64,000 bases of DNA from Syntrophaceae bacterium (GTDB lineage: Bacteria; Desulfobacterota; Syntrophia; Syntrophales; Smithellaceae), in the NCBI GenBank assembly GCA_016927935.1, contig JAFGLS010000051.1:37992-101991 (forward strand), written 5' to 3'. The translations under genes were made by a program, and so were the position numbers. This document shows, one piece after another, positions 1 to 12,441 of the stretch; positions within the stretch are counted from its first letter, which is position 1; each line of letters opens with the position of its first letter. The notes under the pieces are model-generated. The model was not told the origin of the DNA. It worked only from the letters and a program-made list of their open reading frames with translations, and searched no databases.

Positions 1-490
1 ATACCTCCGTCAAGCCGATACTTGATCTGGCTGAAAAATATCTCTGCATAATCCGGCCGTTCATTCCGATAATGGACGCCGTGCTCATGATTAAAAGTGC
101 CATGATTATTGACGGAGGCCGCTTTGTCACGATAGATATCAATTGTGTCAGTGCAAAGACAGCTCCCCATACAACCAAATACCATATGGAATTGCGGGAC
201 ATGACTGTTCCGCTTTCGACATAGACACGGGTTGATTGAGACCAGATGATGCCTATAAACAATCCGGCAGAACCCATTAAGACGAGAACAAGTATAGATG
301 GTTTATAGTAAATGAAAAATGAAAATACGGTAAAAGTTATCAAACTGATGACAATAGGAAGAATCAATGAAACAAGGGACATTTTTTTTGGCTTACGGAA
401 AGTAAAAATGAGAAATATGACCGATAATATAAAAACAATAAGAAAAACAATACTTATGATTTTCATGATTATTGGAATTACAGCAGCCAT
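1..490 (-). CDS. Multi-pass membrane protein, partial (C-terminus runs off the window start)
   Basis: Absent from the ORF track because no stop lies in the window. Manual reverse translation from the ATG at 490 gives MAAVIPIIMKIISIVFLIVFILSVIF...GIIWSQSTRVYVESG...IMALLIMSTASIIGMNGR and stays open to position 1. It has several hydrophobic helices. A CcdC/DUF1453-like identity is only a weak guess. Confidence 0.5.
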   Translation of the reverse strand, partial: MAAVIPIIMKIISIVFLIVFILSVIFLIFTFRKPKKMSLVSLILPIVISLITFTVFSFFIYYKPSILVLVLMGSAGLFIGIIWSQSTRVYVESGTVMSRNSIWYLVVWGAVFALTQLISIVTKRPPSIIMALLIMSTASIIGMNGRIMQRYFSARSSIGLTEV

Positions 491-631
491 TTCAACCTCT
501 TTGGATTTTTGTTTCCAAAGTTTATGCTAAGCAAAGCAATACCCGAGATTACAGAATATTTGAACGATGAGCTTTATGTTTTTCTCCCTTATTATTTATA
601 GGGGAGGTGTTTTTTTATGTCAAGAATGATT

Positions 632-1387
632 TCAAACAGATGAAGATTTTTTCTTCTCTGTCGTTTTCATACCGCAGGCCGAGCAAAATATGTCTTCAGG
701 ACGTAGTCGGGAGCCGCAACGTATACAATAGCGGTCTGACTTTATGCCTGCGATATTTTCATGCTGAGAAGAGGAAAAGATGGCATGTCGCTTTGCTGTA
801 ACCGGTACCCATTCCCAACCAAGTTCTTCCACTGTTTTTTTCAGAGGATCTCTGATTTCATTCACGTCAAAATGATATTCATAAACTTTATCCAATTCCA
901 TGGATTTTAAATTCTTGACACCATAACCGACGCCAGATGATTTTTGAAAAAGTATTCTTCCTCCAAAACGACTTTGACTGTAATGTACTATAGGCATCAA
1001 GCCGGCTGTACCTGCGGTCCAGTTGACTGTGCCCAGAATTTCAAAACATCTGACGGAATGTCTTTTTTCATCAAGCAGCAGCAGCGCTTTATAAGCTTTT
1101 TTCAAACCATTCTTGTTGAATATTCCGTACCATGAGGCGTCCGCAAATTTCCATTCCACGATGATGTCTGTGTGATCGAATTCTCCGGAAATGACTTGGT
1201 AAGGTTTGGATGGATTATTAATAGACAGCAGTCTTTGATAAATAGTTTCCTTCTTTACAGCATTAGGATTACACTTTTTCCCGCCCAGATACTGAAAAAA
1301 ACCTAAAGCATACAAAGCAAAAAAAATTCCAACTCCCGCGGCAATTATTGCAGCGAGTAAGCTTATGAATATGATACCGGCACTCAA
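632..1387 (-). CDS. Hypothetical membrane-anchored protein with C-terminal zinc ribbon
   Basis: 251-aa ORF with an N-terminal TM helix (IIFISLLAAIIAAGVGIFFALYAL) and a C-terminal CIRCG..N10..CSACG zinc-ribbon motif. TTG start. No family recognised. Confidence 0.6.
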   Translation of the reverse strand: MSAGIIFISLLAAIIAAGVGIFFALYALGFFQYLGGKKCNPNAVKKETIYQRLLSINNPSKPYQVISGEFDHTDIIVEWKFADASWYGIFNKNGLKKAYKALLLLDEKRHSVRCFEILGTVNWTAGTAGLMPIVHYSQSRFGGRILFQKSSGVGYGVKNLKSMELDKVYEYHFDVNEIRDPLKKTVEELGWEWVPVTAKRHAIFSSSQHENIAGIKSDRYCIRCGSRLRPEDIFCSACGMKTTEKKKSSSV

Positions 1388-1776
1388 ATGGATTTAACTT
1401 CCCTAAAAATAAATTTATAATTTTTTATAGTTTTCTTTGATAAGTATAAAAAAAATACTTTCTGCATGTCAATAGGATATTGGTCATATTATATGAACAT
1501 AAATGCAAAGAATCGTCAGAATTAGATTGATATTGATTGAATTATTTATAAGAACTTCCTTTTAGCGGGTTGGAGTATAGAAAAAGGGCCAAGGGTGTTT
1601 TAGTCACAAAACGCGGCGTAAACTGCCGCTGAACGCGTCTAATATCTGGTTTTATATCTGTCATTAAAGGGTATGGCAATGCTTATTAATATTGACATCG
1701 TCGGGACAAATATGCTTTTGTTCGCATAGCGAAGCTTAGCGGGGCATCAATAATTCCACTCCAGGAGATATAAGGC

Positions 1777-3135
1777 TTGAAAAAAAGTAAGACAGGTTTC
1801 TTTTGTCAGCATTGTGGTTACATGTCGCCTAAGTGGCTGGGCAAATGTCCTTCCTGTAATGGGTGGAATTGTTTTGCCGAGGAATTGATAGTTGATTCCG
1901 GCTCCGATAGTCGCGCAGAAATGAGATTTGACGGAAAGCCCCTACCGATTGGAGACATTCCCGTCACGGAGGGCAAGCGAACCGTTACGGGCATCATGGA
2001 AATTGACCGGGTGCTGGGAGGCGGAATCGTCGGTGGTTCGGCAATTCTCATCGGAGGAGAGCCGGGCATCGGCAAATCAACGCTTATGTTGCAAATGATG
2101 CATAATCTGGCTGAGAAAGGATTAAAGGTCTTATACGTTTCGGGCGAAGAATCGGCCAGCCAGATTAAATTGCGCAGTGAACGGATCGGAGCCGCCTCCA
2201 AAAATTTACTGGTTTTGGTTGAGGTTTCTCTGGAAAAGATTCTGGAGCAAATTAAGGCGGTTTCCCCATCAATTGTGGTTATTGATTCTATACAAACGGT
2301 TTATTCGGGAGAACTTATGTCAGCTCCCGGCAGTGTCGGTCAGGTGCGCGAGTCTTCTTCAAGGCTGATTCTTTTTTCTAAAAAATTTGGCATTCCTGTT
2401 TTTCTGGTCGGACACGTGACCAAGGATGGTTCCATCGCCGGTCCTAAAGTTCTGGAACATATGGTGGATACAGTACTTTACTTCGAAGGAGAAGGCTCCC
2501 ATACGTATCGTATTGTCAGAGGTATAAAGAACCGTTTCGGCCCCACCAATGAAATAGGCGTCTTTGAAATGCGGGATAAGGGATTGCAGGAAGTTCCCAA
2601 TCCGTCCAATTTTTTTCTGGCGGAGCGGCCGCAGAATGTCGCGGGTTCGGTTGTTGTTCCATCTCTGGAAGGTACAAGGCCGATTTTGGTGGAAATTCAG
2701 GCTCTGGTGAGCGCCACAAATTTCGGGAATCCCCGGCGCACGGCTATCGGCGTAGATTACAACCGCGTCTCTCTTTTAGTAGCTGTTTTGGATAAAATTT
2801 GTGGTCTTCATTTGAGCGGTTCGGACATTTTTATCAATGTCGCCGGGGGGGTGCGGGTGGAAGAACCGGCGGTTGATCTGGGCATAGTTGCGGCCATGGC
2901 GTCAAGTTTTCTGGATAAGCCAATTGACGCACGGACAATTGTTCTGGGAGAAGTGGGCCTTGCCGGAGAAGTTAGGGCCATTTCGCAGATGGATGTACGC
3001 GTGAAGGAAGCGGCGCGTTTAGGGTTTAACCGCTGTTTGGTACCCAAAACCAACGCGGCGCAACTGGAAAAAACAGACAAGATTGAAATTTGTAAGATCG
3101 GTTCCCTAAAAGAAATGCTGGAAAATTTATTTTAA
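1777..3135 (+). CDS. radA: DNA repair protein RadA/Sms
   Basis: 452 aa with an N-terminal C4 zinc finger (CQHCGY..CPSCNGW), Walker A GEPGIGKST, the KNRFG motif (IKNRFGPTNE) and a Lon-like C-terminal domain. TTG start. Confidence 0.95.
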   Translation: MKKSKTGFFCQHCGYMSPKWLGKCPSCNGWNCFAEELIVDSGSDSRAEMRFDGKPLPIGDIPVTEGKRTVTGIMEIDRVLGGGIVGGSAILIGGEPGIGKSTLMLQMMHNLAEKGLKVLYVSGEESASQIKLRSERIGAASKNLLVLVEVSLEKILEQIKAVSPSIVVIDSIQTVYSGELMSAPGSVGQVRESSSRLILFSKKFGIPVFLVGHVTKDGSIAGPKVLEHMVDTVLYFEGEGSHTYRIVRGIKNRFGPTNEIGVFEMRDKGLQEVPNPSNFFLAERPQNVAGSVVVPSLEGTRPILVEIQALVSATNFGNPRRTAIGVDYNRVSLLVAVLDKICGLHLSGSDIFINVAGGVRVEEPAVDLGIVAAMASSFLDKPIDARTIVLGEVGLAGEVRAISQMDVRVKEAARLGFNRCLVPKTNAAQLEKTDKIEICKIGSLKEMLENLF

Positions 3136-3159
3136 TTAATATAAATGCCAACAAGCCTC

Positions 3160-3187
3160 TTGACATATAAAAAATGGTGCATAAAAT
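3160..3187 (+). promoter_or_regulatory. Sigma70-type promoter candidate for groES-groEL
   Basis: TTGACA (3160-3165), 16-nt spacer, TAAAAT (3182-3187), about 55 nt upstream of groES. Confidence 0.45.
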
Positions 3188-3242
3188 ACCCCTGTTTAAT
3201 AAGCACTCATAATTTAAATAAGGTGAAAGGAGAGAAAAAGTT

Positions 3243-3533
3243 ATGAAAATCAGACCTTTACAGGATAGAATCATTGTAAAACGTTTGGAAGAAGAAACAA
3301 AAACGAAGGGGGGAATAATCATTCCCGACACGGCCAAAGAAAAACCGATTGAAGGCAAGGTTGTTGCTGTAGGCAAGGGCAAAGTTGCCGATGACGGAAA
3401 ACTTATCAAACCGGAAGTAAGCGTTGGCGATAAAGTCCTTTTCAGCAAGTACGGTGGAACGGAAGTCAAGATAGATGAAGAGGAATATCTTATCCTGAGA
3501 GAAGACGATATTCTCGGCATTATTGAAAAATAA
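3243..3533 (+). CDS. groES: Co-chaperonin GroES
   Basis: 96 aa, [14 protein letters not shown]...[22 protein letters not shown] upstream; directly precedes groEL. Confidence 0.97.
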   Translation: MKIRPLQDRIIVKRLEEETKTKGGIIIPDTAKEKPIEGKVVAVGKGKVADDGKLIKPEVSVGDKVLFSKYGGTEVKIDEEEYLILREDDILGIIEK

Positions 3534-3544
3534 GAAACTATTAA

Positions 3545-5203
<1,659 letters not shown>

Positions 5204-5245
5204 TAAAAGACCCGTAGGCTAAAGGCCGAAGATAAAAAAATAAAA

Positions 5246-5277
5246 GCCCCTTGTCCTGGCGGACAGGGGGCTTTTTA
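5246..5277 (+). terminator. Rho-independent terminator after groEL
   Basis: GC-rich hairpin GCCCCTTGTCC-TGGC-GGACAGGGGGC followed by TTTTT. Confidence 0.8.
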
Positions 5278-5378
5278 GTGATTATATTTTTAAATAAATA
5301 TTCTGCGTCCAGTCTAAAAAAAATATCTGAATAGCGAAAAGTGTTTAAAATATTTATTAAGAATTTAAAAATTGCAAA

Positions 5379-5407
5379 TTGACTTATCTTCATAGAAATA
5401 GTATGTT
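5379..5407 (+). promoter_or_regulatory. Sigma70-type promoter candidate for the small ORF
   Basis: TTGACT (5379-5384), 17-nt spacer, TATGTT (5402-5407). Confidence 0.4.
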
Positions 5408-5470
5408 TTTAAAAAATTATACTATTTGCCGCATGAATCTGTTAATTTATGTAGGAGAGGAGATATACGT

Positions 5471-5662
5471 ATGAAAAAATTGCGAGAGACAACTGGCAAT
5501 AGATTAAAAAGTATCCTTGAAGAACTGCAAAATTTTGCCCAAGAAAATAATATTACCTTAAGAGAGGCCATAGACATTCAGCTTATAGATTCTCTCAGGG
5601 GGATAAGCCATAGAATACTTGAAACCGGTGAGATGTCGAGAGAAAAAACCAGAATTATATAA
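5471..5662 (+). CDS. Small hypothetical protein (63 aa)
   Basis: ATG at 5471 preceded by the GGAGAGGAG RBS. MKKLRETTGNRLKSILEELQNF..., predicted helical. The ORF track extends it to 5426, but that start has no RBS. Confidence 0.4.
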   Translation: MKKLRETTGNRLKSILEELQNFAQENNITLREAIDIQLIDSLRGISHRILETGEMSREKTRII

Positions 5663-5727
5663 GCAATTTACAACAATTGTTTTTGTAATCCATCATAAAT
5701 AGATAGAGTTCCTTTATATTCACTACC

Positions 5728-6945
5728 TTACTTTTTTACCCGGAAAAGAAACAATCCCATTGCCGCTAAAGCTGCGAACGATGCCCCTGCAATAAACGTG
5801 GCCGAAGGGCCAAATGCGCTCCATAATGAACCGGCAATGGCACTTGCCAGTAAAAGCGCTATGCCGCTTACTAAGTTAAAAATACCGAAGGCTGTACCGT
5901 AAAGTTCGGCTGGTGCATTATCGGCAACGAGCTTCGAAAGCAAGCCCTGGGTAAGAGCCATGTGCAGACCCCACAAAGCTGCTCCGCAAAATACGATTAG
6001 AGACGAAGCGGCTGACGCCAGCACGATATCGGCGGCAATAAGAATAATAAGTCCAGACACCAGAAGCGTTCGCGCTGAAAATTTATCGGACGCGGCTCCC
6101 GCCGGATACGCGAATCCGGAATAGACAATATTCATTACAATCATTATCGCAGGCACATAACCAATGGCAATCCCGACGTCTTGGGCGCGAAGAATCAGAA
6201 ACGCTTCGCTGAAACGGGCAAGGGTAAAGACCGCTCCGAGTGTGACGATAAGCCAGTAGCGTAAAGACAGGCGTTTAGCATCTGTCAGTGTCAGATGGTT
6301 TTTAGCACCGGCATTTTCTGAAGATTCCGGTTCTCTCACGCCAATAACCAGTAGAAACACAGCAATAAACGCCGGCACAACCGCTACCCATAGTACGCCC
6401 TTGATGTTATTCGCGAACCAAAACATAAAGGCAACCGCGAGCAGCGGTCCGACAAAAGCTCCCACCGAATCAAGCGCTTGACGCAAGCCGAAGGCCGCAC
6501 CCCGAAGCTGTGACGGTGCGATATCGGCGACCAGCGCGTCACGCGGTGCGCCGCGAATCCCCTTGCCGATACGATCGATGAAACGTGCTCCGAACACCCA
6601 TCCAATCGTTGTGGCAAGCGGAAATATCGGTTTGGTAACAGCGCTTAATGCGTAGCCAAACACAGCAAGAAATTTGCGCTTCCCGAAGTAGTCACTAATT
6701 GCGCCGGAAAATACCTTCGTGATTGCAGCTGCTCCCTCGGCAAAACCTTCGATTATCCCAATCGTGACCATGGATGCACCAAGCACCGTAGTCATGAATA
6801 TTGGCAAAAGGCTATGAACGAGCTCAGATGAAGTATCCATGAACATCGAGACCAAGCCAAGCATCCAAATGCCTCTAGGTAACTTACGATAAGCTTTCTT
6901 TGCGAAGTTCGGTGATTCAGAGTTGCTTAGTAGAGATGAGATCAT
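5728..6945 (-). CDS. MFS transporter
   Basis: Highly hydrophobic ~12-TM profile with an MFS motif-A-like loop (AISDYFGKRKFLAVFG). The start at ATG 6945 has an AAGGAAA RBS. The ORF stays open to 7014, but that extension abuts the htpX terminator hairpin. Confidence 0.85.
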   Translation of the reverse strand: MISSLLSNSESPNFAKKAYRKLPRGIWMLGLVSMFMDTSSELVHSLLPIFMTTVLGASMVTIGIIEGFAEGAAAITKVFSGAISDYFGKRKFLAVFGYALSAVTKPIFPLATTIGWVFGARFIDRIGKGIRGAPRDALVADIAPSQLRGAAFGLRQALDSVGAFVGPLLAVAFMFWFANNIKGVLWVAVVPAFIAVFLLVIGVREPESSENAGAKNHLTLTDAKRLSLRYWLIVTLGAVFTLARFSEAFLILRAQDVGIAIGYVPAIMIVMNIVYSGFAYPAGAASDKFSARTLLVSGLIILIAADIVLASAASSLIVFCGAALWGLHMALTQGLLSKLVADNAPAELYGTAFGIFNLVSGIALLLASAIAGSLWSAFGPSATFIAGASFAALAAMGLFLFRVKK

Positions 6946-7014
6946 TAGAGGTATTTCCTTCTTGGCATTGATATTTTTTAACATGGAGAGGCAGAAAAAG
7001 CAGCATAAAAACAT

Positions 7015-7046
7015 AAGCCAATTCCGAACATATTCGGAATTGGCTT
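7015..7046 (-). terminator. Terminator-like hairpin downstream of htpX
   Basis: Perfect 14-bp stem AAGCCAATTCCGAA-CATA-TTCGGAATTGGCTT, followed on the minus strand by a T-rich run. Confidence 0.6.
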
Positions 7047-7074
7047 ATTGGTATAATCTATTGTCCGTATGCTT

Positions 7075-7965
7075 TTATCTGTAGGTTAATTTCTTTAATG
7101 CCTCGATGCGGTCATCAAGCGGTGGATGGCTCATAAACAAGAGCATAAAATTATGTTTGGCCGGCTTGCCGTTGATGCCGAACGCTTTCATCTGATCCGG
7201 CAGCGGTTCAGCAATACCTTTTTTAAGTTTTTCCAGTGCCGCGATCATATTTTGTGTTCCGGCCAGTTTCGCACCGCCGGCATCAGCTATAAATTCCCTT
7301 TTTCTGCTGAACCACATGACGATAATGCTGGCGAGCACTCCAAATATAATTTGGGCGATAATCGTGGTTACAAAGAAGCCTATACCGACACCTTCATCAT
7401 CGTCGTTCTTTAAGATGACCCTGTCCACAAAATATCCCACGACGCGGGACATGAAGATGACAAATGTATTAACTACACCCTGAATCAAAGAAAGCGTGAT
7501 CATATCCCCGTTGGTCACATGGCTTATTTCATGACCGATTACAGCCTCGACCTCTTCTTTGTTCATTGCGTTGAGTAGGCCGGAACTGACGGCGACTAAA
7601 GCTTTGTTTTTGTTCATGCCGGTGGCGAAGGCGTTAGGTGATGGGGTATCGAAAATAGCGACTTCGGGCATGCCGATATTGGCTGACATAGCAAGTTTTT
7701 TAACAGTTTCCACCAGCCAGATTTCTGCCGCGCTTCTGGGATTGGTGATAACCTGCGCGCCCATCATACGTTTAGCCATCCATTTGGACATAGCCAGTGA
7801 TATAAAAGAACCGCCAAACCCGAATACTGCTGCAAATGCAAGCAGACTGTACATATTCAAACCGCTCCCATCCAGAAACCTATCAACTCCGAGCAGACGG
7901 ATGACGATGCTCAAAACAACGAGCACGGCTATATTTGTGGCCAGAAACAACAAAATCCTTTTCAT
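7075..7965 (-). CDS. htpX: Zinc metalloprotease HtpX (M48 family)
   Basis: 296 aa with the HEISH zinc motif ([11 protein letters not shown]), TM helices and a C-terminal SHPPLDDRI. Confidence 0.93.
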   Translation of the reverse strand: MKRILLFLATNIAVLVVLSIVIRLLGVDRFLDGSGLNMYSLLAFAAVFGFGGSFISLAMSKWMAKRMMGAQVITNPRSAAEIWLVETVKKLAMSANIGMPEVAIFDTPSPNAFATGMNKNKALVAVSSGLLNAMNKEEVEAVIGHEISHVTNGDMITLSLIQGVVNTFVIFMSRVVGYFVDRVILKNDDDEGVGIGFFVTTIIAQIIFGVLASIIVMWFSRKREFIADAGGAKLAGTQNMIAALEKLKKGIAEPLPDQMKAFGINGKPAKHNFMLLFMSHPPLDDRIEALKKLTYR

Positions 7966-8078
7966 TTCTTACCTCCTGAATTTAAAAACTGCCTTAAGCA
8001 GTAATTAAAGCAATACATTGACAACTTTTTTCTTATTTTAATGGCTATATGCGGGATGTCAAGTGTTTATGTTAGAAA

Positions 8079-8159
8079 ATCCTACGTCGCTACGCTCCTA
8101 GGATAGTTCAACAATCAAGTTCCAGTGCGTTTCGCTTCTAGAACTTGGGTTTCACTAAG
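8079..8159 (+). repeat. Family-A two-hairpin intergenic repeat, copy A1
   Basis: ATCCTAcgtcgctacgctccTAGGAT, AGTTCAAC linker, second hairpin AAGTTC..GAACTT, tail TTCACTAAG. Homologous to copies at 18267, 28841 (inverted), 31542 and 38945. Confidence 0.75.
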
Positions 8160-8279
8160 TTACTTGAAAGTACCGGAATAATATGGTAACTCACGACGTA
8201 ACCAAGCCGCCTGAAAAGGTTGTCTTGGTTAACTTATTAAAGCTTATTGATTTACCGCTGATTAAAACAGGAGCAACAG

Positions 8280-11069
8280 ATGGATTACAAAAAGACCTTG
8301 AATCTTCCACAAACAGATTTTCCGATGAAAGCGAATCTGGCACAGCGTGAACCGGAGATGCTCAAGAAATGGGAAGAGATGAACATTTATAAAAAAATCA
8401 GACAGATAGCCAAAAGCAGAAAACCGTATATTCTTCATGACGGTCCTCCTTACGCCAATGGTGATATTCATCTGGGGACAGCGCTCAATAAAATAATCAA
8501 GGATATAGTCATTAAATCAAAAAACATGTCCGGCTTTGACGGCGTTTATGTGCCGGGCTGGGACTGCCACGGCTTGCCCATCGAACATCAGGTGGATAAG
8601 GAACTGGGGGCGAAGAAGACGGCGATGTCGCAGGTGGAAAAACGACGCGCCTGTCGCAACTACGCGGAAAAATATGTCGGCATTCAGCGCGAGCAATTCC
8701 AGCGCCTCGGTGTTTTTGGCGAATGGGATAATCCTTATCTGACAATGGCCTATCCCTACGAGGCTGCGACCATTGCGGAATTCGGCAAGCTTTATCTCAA
8801 CGGCAGTGTTTACAAAGGGAAGAAACCCGTTTACTGGTGTGCCACCTGTAAAACCGCACTGGCTGAAGCGGAAGTGGAATATGCAGATCATTCCACGCCG
8901 TCTATTTATGTCAAGTTTGCTTTTGTTTCCGATATTACTCAGGTGCTGCCCAAACTGACCGGCCAGAAAGTTTCGATGGTTATATGGACAACCACGCCCT
9001 GGACCATTCCCGCCAACCTGGCGATTGCCGTTAAAGATGATTTTGTTTATACCGCTGTGAAGATTGACAAGGAAGTGCTGATTGTGGCTAAAGACATGCT
9101 CGATTATTGTTTGGACGCTTTCAGTTATCGCGATAAAAAGCATGAAATACTGGATGAGTTCAAAGGCGCTGTCCTGGAAGGTCAGAAATGCATTCATCCG
9201 CTGGTTAAAAGAAACAGCCTTTTGATTCTGGCACCGTTTGTTACGCTGGAGGCTGGGACCGGCGCTGTGCACATTGCGCCAGGTCATGGACAGGAAGATT
9301 ACGAAATAGGTCTTGAATATGGATTGGACAACTACGCGCCGGTGGACGATGCGGGAAAATTTACGGAGGATGTCGAACATTTCGCCGGACAATTTGTTTT
9401 TGATGCCAATGATAATGTCATTAAGAAGCTTGCCGAGGTGGGCGCGCTGATGGGACACGTTTCTATGCAGCATTCTTACCCTCACTGCTGGCGCTGCAAG
9501 AAACCAATCATTTTCCGTTCCACGGAACAATGGTTTATCTCTATGGAGAAAAATGACCTCAGAAAAAAAGCACTGGCCTGCATCAATGAAGTTCAGTGGA
9601 TTCCGTCATGGGGACGCGACCGCATCTATGGCATGGTAGAAAATCGTCCCGATTGGTGTATTTCTCGTCAGAGGCTTTGGGGTGTTCCAATTACTATTTT
9701 TTATTGTGTTAAATGTAAAAATGAAGTGATGACCAGAGAAATTTTAGATAATGTTGTTGCTTTAGTGGAAAAGAGCGGTGCGGATATCTGGTTTGAAAAA
9801 GAGCCGAAAGATTTACTGCCGAAGCACACAACCTGTCCGCATTGCCACTCAACTGATTTTGTCAAAGAAGTTAATATTCTGGATGTATGGTTTGATTCCG
9901 GCGTGACTCATGCGGCAGTATTGGAAAAGCGACCTGATTTGAGTTCGCCCTGTGACATGTACCTGGAAGGTTCTGATCAGCACCGCGGCTGGTTTCACTC
10001 ATCTCTTTTGGAATGCGTAGGCACACGTGGCCGTGCTCCTTATAAAAGTGTACTTACGCATGGTTTTGTCGTGGATGGTGATGGCAAAAAAATGTCCAAA
10101 TCAATCGGCAATGTCATCGGCGCGGAAGAAGCGATTGGAAAATACGGAGCGGAGATTCTGCGTCTATGGGTGGCGGCGGAAGACTACACCGACGACATCC
10201 GTATTTCCGATGAAATTCTCAAACGCCTCATGGAAGCTTACCGCCGGATCCGCAATACCAGCCGTTTCATTTTGGGCAACCTCTACGATTTTAACCCGGA
10301 TAAAGATGCGGTTGCTTATGAACAGATGATGGAAATGGATAAATGGGCATTGCACCGCCTGCAGGAAATCATCAAACGTGTGACGGAAGCTTATGAACGC
10401 TATCAGTTCCATGTGGTTTTCTACACGCTTTATAATTATTGCACTGTGGACTTGAGCGCTCTTTATCTTGATGTTCTGAAGGACAGACTCTACACCAATA
10501 AGGCTGCGTCATTAGCGCGCCGTTCCGGTCAGACCGCGATGTTTATAATTCTGGGTTCAATGATCAGATTACTCGCGCCTATCCTGACATTTACCGCGGA
10601 AGAAATCTGGTCGGCGATGCCTTCATGGAATAAAAAAGAAGAAAGTGTTCATCTGACACAGTTTCCGCAGGTGAACGATAAATATTTCAATGCGGAACTC
10701 GGCGAACGCTGGAAAGCAATGATTGATACCAAGTCGGAAATTGCCAAAGCGATAGAGCAAGCCAGAAAAGAAAAAATTATCGGCCATTCTCTGGACGCGC
10801 GGGTTACAATTGCGGCACCTCAGAAATTGTGTGAATTATTGGCCTCGCATATGGAAGATATGCGCTCGTTGCTGATTGTGTCGCAATGGCAAATGGCCGA
10901 AGAGAAAGATATTGTCACTCCTTTCCAAAGTGAAGAAATCGAAGGTCTCATAATCGGTGTGGAAAAGGCCCGCGGCGGCAAATGCGAACGTTGCTGGATT
11001 TATGAAGAAACAGTGGGTTCAAATGCGCAGCATCCGACTATTTGTGCCCGTTGTCTGTCGAATCTATAA
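8280..11069 (+). CDS. ileS: Isoleucine--tRNA ligase
   Basis: 929 aa with the HIGH motif ([12 protein letters not shown]), KMSKS (KKMSKSIGN) and C-terminal CxxC zinc motifs (CERCW...CARC). Confidence 0.98.
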   Translation: MDYKKTLNLPQTDFPMKANLAQREPEMLKKWEEMNIYKKIRQIAKSRKPYILHDGPPYANGDIHLGTALNKIIKDIVIKSKNMSGFDGVYVPGWDCHGLPIEHQVDKELGAKKTAMSQVEKRRACRNYAEKYVGIQREQFQRLGVFGEWDNPYLTMAYPYEAATIAEFGKLYLNGSVYKGKKPVYWCATCKTALAEAEVEYADHSTPSIYVKFAFVSDITQVLPKLTGQKVSMVIWTTTPWTIPANLAIAVKDDFVYTAVKIDKEVLIVAKDMLDYCLDAFSYRDKKHEILDEFKGAVLEGQKCIHPLVKRNSLLILAPFVTLEAGTGAVHIAPGHGQEDYEIGLEYGLDNYAPVDDAGKFTEDVEHFAGQFVFDANDNVIKKLAEVGALMGHVSMQHSYPHCWRCKKPIIFRSTEQWFISMEKNDLRKKALACINEVQWIPSWGRDRIYGMVENRPDWCISRQRLWGVPITIFYCVKCKNEVMTREILDNVVALVEKSGADIWFEKEPKDLLPKHTTCPHCHSTDFVKEVNILDVWFDSGVTHAAVLEKRPDLSSPCDMYLEGSDQHRGWFHSSLLECVGTRGRAPYKSVLTHGFVVDGDGKKMSKSIGNVIGAEEAIGKYGAEILRLWVAAEDYTDDIRISDEILKRLMEAYRRIRNTSRFILGNLYDFNPDKDAVAYEQMMEMDKWALHRLQEIIKRVTEAYERYQFHVVFYTLYNYCTVDLSALYLDVLKDRLYTNKAASLARRSGQTAMFIILGSMIRLLAPILTFTAEEIWSAMPSWNKKEESVHLTQFPQVNDKYFNAELGERWKAMIDTKSEIAKAIEQARKEKIIGHSLDARVTIAAPQKLCELLASHMEDMRSLLIVSQWQMAEEKDIVTPFQSEEIEGLIIGVEKARGGKCERCWIYEETVGSNAQHPTICARCLSNL

Positions 11070-11102
11070 ATCTATAGAAAACAACTCTTTAAGGAGTTCT
11101 CC

Positions 11103-11597
11103 TTGAAAAAAAATATTATTATTTTTCTTGTTTGTTCAGCCACAATAGTTTTACTGGATCAAATAACAAAAGCCGCCATTATAAAAAGATTTTTTATCCA
11201 TGAATCATACATTGTTATTGATGGTTTTTTAAACATTGTTTATGTGATGAATCCCGGCGCCGCCTTCGGATTTCTGGCCGATACCTCTGAGACATTTCGC
11301 TATTTTTTCTTTATTGGAATTACCGTTTTGGTTATTCTGCTGATCATTTATTACATGGTGAAAAGCAAATCGGAGAATATGTTCTATGTGATGTCTCTGA
11401 CGCTTATTTTTTCCGGAGCTGTGGGAAATCTCATTGACCGGGTTCGTTTTGGTGCGGTGATAGATTTTTTGGATGTATATGTCGGAACAGCCCATTGGCC
11501 TGCTTTCAATGTTGCTGATTCAGCTATTTCCATTGGTGCTGTGTTAATGATTTGGGGAACGATTGTAAAAAGAAGAAAAGAGCATTCGCCTGATTAA
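11103..11597 (+). CDS. lspA: Lipoprotein signal peptidase II
   Basis: 164 aa, 4 TM, with conserved NPGAAFG and FNVADSAI motifs. Classic ileS-lspA synteny. TTG start. Confidence 0.93.
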   Translation: MKKNIIIFLVCSATIVLLDQITKAAIIKRFFIHESYIVIDGFLNIVYVMNPGAAFGFLADTSETFRYFFFIGITVLVILLIIYYMVKSKSENMFYVMSLTLIFSGAVGNLIDRVRFGAVIDFLDVYVGTAHWPAFNVADSAISIGAVLMIWGTIVKRRKEHSPD

Positions 11598-11612
11598 TTT
11601 TTTTAAAAAACA

Positions 11613-11903
11613 TTATTGTTTTGATTCCTTTAGTTTGTTTAATTCTTCTTTATAGCTTTCAGCTTGGGCCCTGATTGTTTCAATTTCTTGTTGGGCCTTG
11701 GTGAGTTTTTCTTCCTGTCGTTGTCTTTCTTCTCTGCTTTTTTCCTGTATTTCGTCTATCCCAACATAAACAGCAAGCGCACCCCCCAGAAATAAAAAAA
11801 CGGGGAATGCCCCTTTAATAATGGTCATAAAATCCGACCAGCAAAAAATTAAACTTACCAATCCCAAGATAGCAGAAATTATTCCTCCAATGAGCAAAGA
11901 CAT
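11613..11903 (-). CDS. Small membrane protein with C-terminal coiled coil
   Basis: Start taken at ATG 11903 (GGGGG RBS). Two TM helices are followed by the charged helix EKSREERQRQEEKLTKAQQEIETIRAQAESYKEELNKLKE. The ORF track extends it to 12032. Confidence 0.55.
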   Translation of the reverse strand: MSLLIGGIISAILGLVSLIFCWSDFMTIIKGAFPVFLFLGGALAVYVGIDEIQEKSREERQRQEEKLTKAQQEIETIRAQAESYKEELNKLKESKQ

Positions 11904-12066
11904 AATTATACCCCCGTTCATTAAACAATTTATTAAAATGTGTCGTTTTTTACCATAAAAAGAATACTCAAACAATACGTAAATGGATTGTTTATATATT
12001 AAAATATTTCTTGATTTAAAGCAATTCATCATTTAAATACACAAAATCAAAAAATATGAGGATAAA

Positions 12067-12441
12067 ATGATAGAGCCGGATTTTTCCAAAGGCAATGGTT
12101 TGGTGCCTGCAATTGTTCAAGATATTGAAACTAAAGAAGTTCTTATGATGGCCTATATGAATCGCCAGTCCTGGGAAGCTACCTTAAAAACAGGCAAGGC
12201 GACATACTGGAGCAGATCACGTAAGCAACTCTGGTTAAAGGGAGAATCATCGGGGCGTTTTCAATTAATCAAGGATATTTTTATTGATTGCGATAACGAT
12301 GTGATTCTATTGCAGGTTGAACAATTGGGAGGTGCGGCCTGCCATACAGGATACCGGTCGTGTTTCTATCGAAAGTTAAGCGGCAAAGATTTTGTTGAAG
12401 TTGGAGAAAAAATTTTTAGTCCAGAGGATGTGTATAAATGA
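12067..12441 (+). CDS. hisI: Phosphoribosyl-AMP cyclohydrolase
   Basis: 124 aa with the [13 protein letters not shown] motif. Monofunctional (no HisE part). 4-nt ATGA overlap with hisG. Confidence 0.93.
   Translation: MIEPDFSKGNGLVPAIVQDIETKEVLMMAYMNRQSWEATLKTGKATYWSRSRKQLWLKGESSGRFQLIKDIFIDCDNDVILLQVEQLGGAACHTGYRSCFYRKLSGKDFVEVGEKIFSPEDVYK

Noticed and set aside
312-530. 72-aa plus-strand ORF at the window start, and the 607..801 ORF.
   Set aside because: The first overlaps a more convincing minus-strand membrane-protein ORF that stays open to the window edge. The second is antisense to the 632..1387 gene. Neither has a RBS.
781-797. Sigma54-like motif TGGCATgtcgctTTGCT.
   Set aside because: The GG-to-GC spacing is one nucleotide too long, and the site lies inside the coding region of the 632..1387 gene on the opposite strand.
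3200-3226. Possible CIRCE (HrcA operator) upstream of groES. TAAGCACTC matches the left half-site.
   Set aside because: After the 9-nt spacer the expected right half-site GAGTGCTAA is absent (the sequence is ATAAGGTGA). There is no inverted repeat and so no credible CIRCE.
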